Source: the human T2T-CHM13v2.0 reference genome, Homo sapiens. From it: 64,000 nt of DNA. The stretch lies in the NCBI RefSeq assembly GCF_009914755.1, contig NC_060935.1; one strand, 5' to 3'. This document shows, piece after piece, positions 54,223 through 64,000 of the stretch; position 1 is the stretch's first letter, and each line of letters opens with the position of its first letter. A model generated the notes under the pieces. That model did no database searches. It was not told where the DNA came from and was given only the letters and a program-made list of their open reading frames with translations. The position numbers were made by a program, and so were the translations under genes.

Positions 54223-55504
54223 GAGGGAGTTTGGCTTCAGCTGGCCTTGAAAGAGTGGAAGAAGAGGTGGGTGTGGAGCCAGGCAGTGAGTGGGGATGGA
54301 GGAGGCTGCAGACTCGGGGCCCCTTCCAGTGGTGGCCCCTACTCATCCCCTCTCACGGTGTGCAGGGGAGCCAGGATGGCTTCCTCAAAAGCTGGCAGGA
54401 AGAAGGGAGGGCAGAAGAATGCACACTTGGCCTGCTACTTCTGCTAAGGCAGACGTGTTAGAAAAGATAATTGCAAAATATCAAGTGCCATGGAAACACT
54501 TATTAACACCAGGGGCTGGTGCTTCGACGGAGCCGGAGGCTCGCTCTGGCTGCGGTGAACAGCCAGCAGTTCTGAAGCTCATCCAAAGCACTTGGTTTCT
54601 TGGACCCAAAATCACAAAGCTCAGTACACAATGATTTAGTGCCTTCTGTCAGAGCTTCTCAGAGCATGTCACCAGCAGTCACCCTGCCCACGTCCTCGGG
54701 AGGAGGTGGCACTGAGCAGCGGGTGCGCGGTCCAGTTTGTTTGTGACTAATGTGTTTTTGGAAGCTTGTACCCCCTCTTCAGCTACCCAGTTTTCCTTTT
54801 GCTTTGCATGTCTCTGAGCTGTCCATTTGTTCTTCACAGCCAGGAATAATAACCTCTCTAACCTCAAGCATCAAAAACCTGCTCCACAGCCAGCTATTTT
54901 AGAGGCTCATAGCCTCAATGGGGTATGGAAGGAGGGTATGGGATGCAGCTGTACGGACACTCTGTCTCTGTGCTGCTCACAGGAGGAATCTGAGTGGTAG
55001 CTTCCCCAGTCCCATGACTCAGCTAGGGACAGAGGAAGGAGCAGGGGACAGGGAGACACACTGGGGGTTCAGTTTGCTCCTGGGTGGTGCTATGTGGGAT
55101 CCACACACACTTACTCCATTTCCGGGCAGGCTGAGCTTCTCTGAGTGGAACAGCAGAGGGGCTGGCATGTGGGAGACAGAGATGGGTAGGTGATGCCATG
55201 GGATGCCAGAAATAGGAAACACTCAGGACAGCCGTGAGTCACACCGGCCTCTCGCATTTTTTCCTAAGCGAGGGGAGGGAAGGCAAGTTCATGTAGACTC
55301 TGCGCTCAGAAAGCAGAAATATCTAAATATCTTAGCCGTTCCCCAAGGATGCTGGTTTCTCTTAAGGTAGTCCCTGTGTTTTCTTGATTTGATGGTTCAA
55401 GAGTGAGCAAATCTACTGTCCTTCATGAAAATATTTTAGAGCCCCATAATGGGTACATCTTTCCTCCTTCATAGCCATTCTTGTCTTCAAAAAATTTTCT
55501 TAAT

Positions 55505-55808
55505 CACATTGTATTTTCTCTAGCTGACTTTATTGTAAGAATGCAGTATATAACACATATAACATACAAAATATGTGTATACCAGTGCTGTGGGCCAGTG
55601 CTGGCTGAGAGGTAGCACTGTTACAACTCTTTTCTTCATCTTGGTTTTAATTTTAGAGACCAAAGTTGTGTGCTTATGTTATTAGTAAGGCTTCCGGACA
55701 ATGGTATCCTATTAGCAGTGAAGTGTTAGGAAAGTCAAGTTATAAGTGAATTTTTGACTGTGCAGGGAGTCAATGCACCTAACTCCCATATTGTTCAAGG
55801 GCCACTGT
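55505..55808. mobile_element. Tigger2/Tigger2a-type TcMar fragment interrupted by an about 90-bp insert
   Basis: 'ctttattgtaagaatgcagtatataacacatataacatacaaaatatgtgt' ... 'ttatgttattagtaaggcttccgg' ... terminus 'ttgttcaagggccactg'. Confidence 0.8.
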
Positions 55809-55934
55809 GGTTCCTTTTGTTTTTTCTTTCAGGATACCCTTAACGTTCATAGTAACCAGAATTTGCCTTTTAAAAAATTAGGCAGCTTTGGAGACAGAAG
55901 CATATGATGTGATTTGTCTTATACCTTGTCCCAT

Positions 55935-56090
55935 TTATTTTTAATTTTTTTATTTTTAAAGATTTAATGGCTACAAGTGCAGTCTCCTTGCACGGATATA
56001 TTGCATGGGCTTTTAGTGTAACTCTCACCCAAATAGTGTACATTTTACCCAATAGGTAATTTTTCATCCCTCACCCGCCTCCCACCTCAA
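55935..56090 (-). mobile_element. L1PB/L1MA 3' end fragment
   Basis: T-rich start, then 'gggcttttagtgta...tcacccaaatagtgtacatt.tacccaataggtaatttttcatccctcaccc'. Confidence 0.85.
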
Positions 56091-57668
56091 ATCCATTCTA
56101 AGCACATGCAAACCATCTCTCCAGTCCACGCAGGGGTGGGTAGCTGTGTGGCTACAAGGCTTGGCAGAAGAGCTCCAAAACTTCTCCTTGATTTGCTTTG
56201 GCTCCTGACTAGGTTGCATTACCTGCAGGCAGGGGCATTAGCTTCTGCCCCATCCATATTTGTTGGGCATTCAGCCATGAGCAGAGGAGCTGGAAGCTGT
56301 TGCTCAGTGAACAGTGGAATTAGGTGCAGGGAACCGAGACCCCTTGTTGGCTGGGACTGACTTAGGCGAGCAGCTGCTCTTACCAGGGGCCACTGGGCAT
56401 GCTTGCCATGGGCCAGTGCTGGCTGGGAAGTGGCACTGTTATACTTCCTTTCTTCATCTTGGTTTAAATTTTAGAGGCTAAAGGCAGGCGGTGGAGGGAG
56501 GAAAGACTGAAGACAATGAGGGTATGCCGAAAGCTCACTGGAGAGTGCATGGGAGGTAGATTATCTGCCTTGCCCAGTGCACTTCCCTATTCTAAGCCTG
56601 CACCCATCTTCTTTATCCCAGGCTGGCTCCTTCTGGCCTGAAGACAATTCCCCTGTCCCATTCTCCTCACCCTCCCTACCTGCTCCCAAACCCGTCTCCT
56701 GTTATGCCTTTTGATGACTTCTCCTTAGTTGCCACGAAGAAGTGCTCATATCAGCAAACAGATGGCGGCTGAGGCATGTAGCATAAAATATATTTATCAA
56801 GGCAAACAGCTGTAGCCCATTTCATTCGGCAGAATTCTATTAAAAGTTCTCCAGAGCTACAAGCCTCTCTGAGATGGCAACCTGAACGCAGCCCAGGGAG
56901 AGGCGGCTTTGTGCCACTCTCCTTCCCCCTTCTCCTTTCTTTGCGAGGCCAAAGAGAAAGCGGCCAGTCTCCTGTATTCTTCCTTGCAGGCTTCAATTAA
57001 AATGCTACAATTGCATTGGCAGCCTCGACTCTCCTGCCTCCTTGGGCTGGTGGGGGGCCCTTCCTAAGTGCTCCCATTTTCCAGGCAGACAATAATGACT
57101 CCCAGCTGCACCATTACAATTACTGGGCACTGTCTGGGGCAAGTGGCTGCTCTCTGGGCTCCTGTCCTGTCCTGTCCTCCATCAGAATGAACAAAAGTCT
57201 ATTCACTGGGAACCAGGAAATGCTCCCTGTCCCCTGTCTCCAGCTCTCATCACACTTTCTTGCTGCACTTCCTGTTTTTGGGGGGATGGCCAGGAAACTG
57301 CCATGATTTCTCCTGTCATGGATTGGAAGAACAGTGATCTAAGAGTTGGGAGACTGGGATCTATTCCAGATTCAGCCATTAATTTGCTTTGAAATTGGGC
57401 AATCCTTCTCATTTGTCTGGGCTCTTTGTTTCCTCTTTGAGGGGTGGGACTTGATTAAAGGAGCACATTCAAGTATGTTTAGAAGCCAGACAGCTGTGAA
57501 ATGTCCAGGTATAGACAATGCCACAGTACATAGTGTGTGCTTTTCTGAAAGGCAGGTGCTATTCTAAAAACAAGAGCCGTACCAATTTGTAGGGAAACAC
57601 TTGTATATGGGGCTGTAGTATGAGACCCACCAAGACTAAATGTTTGCTAACATTCCATTAAGATTCAA

Positions 57669-57905
57669 TTTTTTTTTTTTTTTTGAGATGGAGTCTCACT
57701 CTGTCACCTGGGCTGGTCTCTCCTTCAGCCTCCTGAGTAGCTGGGATTACAGGCACCTGCCATCACGCCTGGATAATTTTTGCAATTTTAGTAGGATGAG
57801 TTTTCACCATCTTGGCCAGGCTGGTCTTGAACTCCTGACCTCGTCATCCACCCGCCTCAGCCTCCCAAAGTGTTGGGATTACAGGCGTGAGCCACCGTGC
57901 CTGCC
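57669..57905 (-). mobile_element. Alu (AluS-type) with about 55-bp internal deletion in the right arm
   Basis: Poly-T, 'gagatggagtctcactctgtcacctgggctgg' joined directly to 'tctctccttcagcctcctgagtagc'; TSD aagattcaat/aagatccaat. Confidence 0.95.
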
Positions 57906-58109
57906 CAAGATCCAATATTCTGTAATAGCTGTTGAGATACACTTGGGGGAAAAACTGAACTCCAGAGATGGCAAATGGATATGAATTGGTAGTCTATAGG
58001 AAATTACCACCTTTGGCATTTTTTTTAGAGGAGTAATGAAAGAGATGATTGGAGACCTTGGACATTCTGCCTTTCCTTGTGGGGAGTATCCGTCACCTTG
58101 AGAAATCAC

Positions 58110-58405
58110 CTTGGTTTAGTGGGACTGAAATAGGGGCTCTGGTGCCAGACCGCGTTCAAAGCCTCACTTTGCTCCTTGACAGCTGTGCAACCTCTCATAG
58201 GTCACTTAGCTATGCCTCAGTTTTACCTCAGGTAGATTATTTAACTGCAGCCAAGTCACAGCTTAGTTTCTCCAATTGTGAAATGGCAGTAAAAGTAGGA
58301 CTTTTTTTCACAGAACTTATATGAGGATTAAATTGATGAATCTGAATAATTAATCCAGAATCATGCCTGTTGTAGAGTAAGTGCTCAATAAATGCTAATT
58401 GTTAT
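58110..58405 (+). mobile_element. MIR SINE
   Basis: 'ggctctggtgccagac...gttcaaagcctca...cagctgtgcaacct' and 'tgaggattaaat...gtaagtgctcaataaatgcta'. Confidence 0.8.
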
Positions 58406-58879
58406 TTATGGAGATGACCTTCCAGCTTTGTTGTGTTGGCACAAAATTGGACAAGTGTGCCATGAGTGGTTCTGTGGAGCTAATATTTACAAATCCCTGG
58501 CAACTGTGGTGAGGCTTATCTCATCTCTTCCACCAAACACATCATCGTATGGCTTCTGCTGGCAGCCAAGACTGCACACTGACAATTCCTCCCATAGATG
58601 ATACACTTTTACATGCATCATCTAATTAGATTCCGTGGAGGGAAAGAGGCAAGTAATGCCTTCTGCATTTGACAAAGGCAGAAGTACAAGTTCAAAGAGG
58701 TTACGTAATTTGCTCAAAGTCACCCAGCCAGTGATTATTAGAGTCAGGATCTGAGTCTATGATATCTGATTCTCTTGACAGTTGTCTTTCCATGTTATGG
58801 GACTACTTTTATACACATTAACTACTTGCTCATGACTGCGGTTAATTAGCATGTTACAGCCAGCATAGCTCTGTTGAGT

Positions 58880-59057
58880 TGCCGGGTTCTCTAAATTTAT
58901 CCAAAGTGTCACTTCGGGTGCTTGTTTCGAACTCTGATTTCTCAGCCCCAATCCAAGCCTACTGAATCAGGATTTCCAAAGGTGAGACTCAGGAATCTGC
59001 ATGTTTACCAAGCTCCCCAGGTGATTCTCATGATCAGAAATGTCTAGGAAACCCTGG
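58880..59057. mobile_element. MER5B-like MITE
   Basis: 'cctactgaatcaggatttcca...caggaatctgcatgtttaccaagctccccaggtgattct'. Confidence 0.8.
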
Positions 59058-60189
59058 GCCAGAAAATTCTGCCCAGAAAACTCACCAATCAGCTTTGCAC
59101 CTGGTCAGATATTAGAATAGATATATAGAAACATCTAGTAAGGTCATGACAGGAAGTGGGAAAAGAGTGTGGCTAGCTCGAAGAACTAAAAGAACAAACA
59201 AAGCAAAGTCCGTGGGTAATTAATTTAATTTGCAACATTGGTATTGCATTCTTATTTACGAGCAAGGTGGCTTATTAGGTCTTGCATGGTGGGTCAGGAG
59301 TATCATCTCGGAAAATGAAAGACACTTATCCGAGCCAAAGAGCATTTAGTGGTTGAAAACAACGGATGTGCTCACTTGCCTGCTCTACTTCCAAGAAAAG
59401 GTTCTGACACAAGGTGAGGTTTTTATCTTGTAACGTCTGTTAGATTGTGTTCAGTTGAACATTGCAATGAGCTTTAAGCTACTTTGTGGTCAATGAATCT
59501 TTTGGGAACACCCACAGAATACAGGACAATATGCCAAGAGCTGGGGGTACAGAGTAAAGGCTATGCCTAACCTCAAGAAGCCTTCTGTTTAGTAGGTGAG
59601 AAAATCATTGAAATACATCATTGAAAGATGTAATTCAGGGCAGTTATAATCTCATAATAATAACACTCCAGGTAATGGCTAGCTCCCTCTTTAGTTAATG
59701 GCTTATTGACACTTTGCAAGGGAGAGACAAAGGTCCCCTTTGAGTTCCACACTCAGTGTTAGCTTACCAGTAGTACTTTCCAGCTTCTGCCTTTTCGCTC
59801 CTGCTTTGTTTAGTTGGCATGCTATTCCTTCATTTGCTACCTTCACTCATGAAAACTCCACCAACATGTCAAGGATTAAATTAAATCCCACCATAACAAA
59901 ATGATTTTTCAGTACAACGGGACTTGCCCATCCTAAGGAACACCCAGTGGTTCCTCCCTCATGGTCCCATGTTCTGCACTAGCTTGTTTTCTGTGTTCTT
60001 AACCTGTCACCTTGCCAGACTTTACACTTCTAGAAGACTGGAGCTGGAATTACTGAAGTTTCACCTGCAGATTTTAGCACAGAACTCCACTCACAGCAGG
60101 TGTTAGATGATCACATAGTTTGTCTGCAACCTATTTGCAGATGACACAGGTATGACGAGCCCAAACCTCTGATCCTTGAAGCTTGTCTG

Positions 60190-60600
60190 TGTTAGCTGGA
60201 CATTTTTGATTGTACCAAATGGAAATCAAATTCAAATCATTTCAAGTAATAACAGGGATTTCATGGCTCACATAACTGCAAAATCTCTGGGTGTAGTTTT
60301 GCTAGCTGTAGGCACAGGTAGATCAGAGTTTATAAATGTTGTGAGGAGTCTGTTTATCTCAATTTGTTAGCTCTGTTTTTGTCGAGGTTGGTTTGGTTCT
60401 TGAGTAGACTCTTTACATGTGGGGGCAGAGATGGTTCCTAGCATTGCTGGGCTTATGTTCCACCTGATTAATAATCTCAGAGGAAAGAGAGAGCCTCTGT
60501 CCTATTCCTGACAAAATTCCAATGCCCACCCTTCACTGTGACCTGATTAGCTACTTCCAAACCCGAAGGTGAGGGCTTAGTAGGCTCCATTGGAACCGCA
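60190..60600 (-). mobile_element. MaLR LTR (MLT1K/L-like)
   Basis: 'gggatttcatggctcacataactgcaaaatc' and 'ctttacatgtgggggcagagatgg...cagaggaaagagagag'. Confidence 0.55.
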
Positions 60601-60632
60601 AGAATGCAGAGTGGGCAGAGATGTACACTCCG

Positions 60633-60958
60633 TTTTTTTTTTTTGTTGTTTTTTTTTTGTTTTTTTTTTTTTTTTTTTTGAGACAGAGTCTCACTCTGTT
60701 GCCCAGGCTGGAGTGCAGTGGCACAATCTCAGCTCACTACAACCTCCGCCTCTGGAGTTCAAGAGATTCTCCTGACTCAGCTTCCTGAGTAGCTGGGATT
60801 ACAGGTGCATGTCACCACGCCCGGCTAATTTTGTATTTTCAGTAGAGATGGGGTTTCACCAAGTTAGTCAGGCTGGTCTTGAACTCCTGACCTCGTGATC
60901 CACCCACCTCGGCCTCCCAAAGTGCTGGAATTACAGGTGTGAGCTACCGCGCCCTGCC
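60633..60958 (-). mobile_element. Full-length Alu (AluSc/Sg-like) with long T tail
   Basis: About 46-nt T-rich tail and complete body; TSD tgtacactc on both sides. Confidence 0.97.
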
Positions 60959-61169
60959 GAAGTGTACACTCTTAAACAGAAATGAGGGGAATGGAGGCTG
61001 AGCAGGCAAGAACAACAGATATCTGACCTAGGGTTATTTAGCTTTTCATGGGAAAATATATTCCACAACCAAACTACTTTCTTTAACACTGATATCATTT
61101 CTGATGCTAAACAGGCATTGTAAAAAATGCACACATTAATCATAAGATGAACCAATCCTGCAGCAAGTA

Positions 61170-61650
61170 AAAAGCTCAGGGCACCTCGTCTTCTCTATGG
61201 AATATCATAACCCATGCAAACTTATCCTAAAGAAGTAACCCCAGATGCATACCAAGAGTCAAGGCTGTTAAATGCAGCAATATTTAAGTAAAATAGCAAC
61301 AAAATATTGGAAATAACATAAATATCCACAATAGAGAAATGGTTAAGTACCTTATAGTTTTTTGCTATTAAAAGTGCTGCTCCTAAAACGTACTTGATAT
61401 AGAAAAATGCTCAGGAAATTACAATACGATGTTCCACAAAAACGCCAAAATGCAAAAGTATTTATATTTGACGATCCCAGATTTGTGTGAATATACACAG
61501 TTTCACTAAAGGCTGGAAGGAAATACTCCGAGGTGTTAAGAGTTCTCTGAATGGTAAAATTGCCAGTGAATTTTTTCTGCCTTTATACTTTTCTGTTTCC
61601 CAAATTTTTGCACAGGAACGGTATCATTTCATGATTGAAAAAACACACTT
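61170..61650 (+). mobile_element. Old L1ME-type 3' fragment
   Basis: 'ttatcctaaaga', 'ttggaaataacataaatatccacaatagagaaatggttaagta' and 'ctttatacttttctg'. Confidence 0.6.
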
Positions 61651-63654
61651 AATATTTTTAAATGCATACTTCAGTGTCAGTGCCGTGGAAAACACATCCC
61701 ATTGGATTTATGGTGCTTGCAAGTGGGAGGACCCATTCTTTCTGGGGCAGAGGCCAGAATACACACAGAGAAGAGCTTTTTGGCTTGCGTTGCCCCAGGC
61801 TAGGCAAGAGGGCATCACTGGCTTCTGTTTCTCATGGGTCAGGGTTCCTGTTATTTCCATATGGGTGGTTTCTTCATTTGCTGCTCACTCAGGCTTCCGG
61901 GGAGATATCCACCCACCTCCTTATTTACTAAGTGGGGGAGGCAGAGCAGGAGGAAGATGGAGAGAGAGAAGAGAGAGTGCTGAAATCTTTCCCCCTAAAG
62001 CACTGCAATAAAGGAGCATATGTATCAACTAAAAAAATTCCTTGGCAACAAAAGCTTTTTAATTGAACACAGTCTCTTCAGCCAACTTATGTAAATTCTA
62101 TCCCAATTTTGGGCATCTATTTTGAGCACAGAGAGAAGCGGTATGAATCTTGCCCTAAAATTGTGCTCAACAGAAGGGGTGACGCCATATGGATGCCATG
62201 TTATGGGAGCCTGTCACCTGCTAACCGAGATGAGAAATTACAGGTTATAATCCCCTTCCTGCTGTCTGAGGAGCCCAGGTGGGTGGGGAGCGCTTTGGGT
62301 ATCAGGTACTGGGTGATCCATTGATACTTGCTTGGGGCCTTCCCACAGGTGTCTGAGAGGTCACAGGGTGAAGGATAAGAGAATCAGTGCCTCTAGATGG
62401 GGCAGTGGGGTGAGGGGTGGAAAGTGCTTGCTTCTACCCCCAAAGGAGCTGGATTTCCTTCTCCTCAGCTTAGGTGGGAATCTGGCTGACCATGTAAAAC
62501 TAACCAGCTGAGAGTTAGTGAGTGGCTCTTTGGGGACTAGACCAACCTTGAGAAATGGCCTCGCGTGGAAGTTGGGAACTGGGAGGAGGGTGATGCACCT
62601 ATTGCATTGTACCTATTAGTGGAAAAGATGGAGAAAGAGATCCGGGGAGGACTGTGGGCCCACTCTGAGTATTCTCCTCCATGGGGAGCTATGAGTTCAA
62701 CCCACCCCTCCCTCTGTGTCTTAGGGAAATGATGAGTTTTGGGATCTGCAGGAGGTTGGCTACAAGTCAGATAACAAAATATGGGTAGCAGGAACTGCAA
62801 GTTGCCTGGTTTTTGTAAGTGGCTTCTAATAAATCTGGAGATTTTCTCTGGAAATGCATTTATCATAGATAAAATGATAGCTTAATATATGTGGGAAAAA
62901 TCATGTGGACACGTTACATTTATTTGTCTATGCCTAACTTGTTTCCCCCAAAGTCACTCCAAATCATAGGCGAAAATCCCAGGCCAATTCAATGTCAGGT
63001 GTTTATTATTTCTCTTTGCTTGCTCTTAAGTAGGTTTAAAAGCTGTATTGGCTACCTGAGCACATAGGTGTTTCCACCATTGATGTGATAACTTTGGATG
63101 GTCTCAATCGTAGGCTGCACGAAAATGGTGTACAATTACCTTTCTGAAAAGCTCTTACAGGATTGCATCCTGTGTCCCCAGTGCCTGGTAGAGGACCTGG
63201 AACATAATTGATAGTAAGAAATGTTATTAAACAAATAGATACATACACAATTTCCATTGGTCCTGCCCACTTTTGCTTGGAGAAATAAAGCATGCAAGAG
63301 ACCAATGGGGCTGTCAGTGAGAAGTGTTGGATCCAAGAGTTAAAGCAATAGGGTAGAAGTAAAAGAGTTCTTTGTCTAAGGTCAACTGAGAATACGAAGG
63401 TTATTTGTTTCACCAAAATTCCCTAGTTTTTTCTCTATAAAATGAGGATGATTGTCATATAGCAAGTGATCGATAACTCACTAGTTATAAATGTCCAAAT
63501 TTTTTAGAAGCTACCTATAGATTAAAGATACCAATACGCCACCTGATCTTGCTGTTTTTCCTTTGCTTGACTGTTTTCCATGAACCAACTCAGCTGGTCC
63601 ATGGAAAATATTGCTCTTTCTCCCTTATTTACTCTCTTCCTTTCTTCTTTCCTT

Positions 63655-63870
63655 TTACCATACATGTTTATTCAACACTTATTATATTATAGGCACCATG
63701 ATAGTCATTTGGGATAAAAAAGGGAAGGGGTCATGCCTGACTTCAAGGAATTTACATTCTAAAGAAGGAAGCAAACAACCAAATCAATAGTTATACTAGA
63801 CTAAGATGCACGTACATGGACATATACAGGGTATGGTAGGAATACAGAAGTGAGGTAGCTAAGTCAGATT
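63655..63870 (-). mobile_element. L2 LINE 3' fragment
   Basis: 'ttattcaacacttat...aggcacc...cctgacttcaaggaatttacattcta'. Confidence 0.6.
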
Positions 63871-64000
63871 ATGAACTCCTAAAAATAGTAAATGAGGTTC
63901 TGAGATGGCTTATAAGATTGCATGTATGTGTACGAGAGAGAGACAGAGAGAGAAGTGGAGGAGAGTAATAATTTATACAACACGTTATTTGTAAAAGATA

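Noticed and set aside
62399-62420. Possible G-quadruplex (also 33338-33354)
   Set aside because: Only three runs of three or more G, so not a canonical G4.

Overview
This 64 kb window is primate, most likely human, non-coding DNA (intronic or gene desert). It is CpG-depleted and densely filled with old interspersed repeats: about 10 Alu elements or monomers, many MIR and L2 fragments, L1M 3' ends, MaLR/ERVL solo LTRs, MER5/MER3/MER20/Tigger DNA transposon fossils, and microsatellites. I see no protein-coding gene, RNA gene or CRISPR array. The ORF track is chance ORFs plus Alu-, LTR- and minisatellite-derived frames. The best-supported unexplained structure is a cluster of three non-tandem local duplications (about 400, 62 and 75 bp) within 16 kb. 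In each, a copy of nearby DNA sits inside an older transposon with no poly-A or TSD, which resembles repair-associated templated insertions. Other observations are an 18-bp octamer-like minisatellite, a closely spaced inverted Alu pair, two Alus with nearly the same right-arm deletion, several unexplained hairpins, candidate + strand non-coding exons, and repeat-free motif-rich blocks resembling developmental enhancers. Repeat family names come from recalled consensus sequences and their boundaries are approximate. I could not identify the locus.
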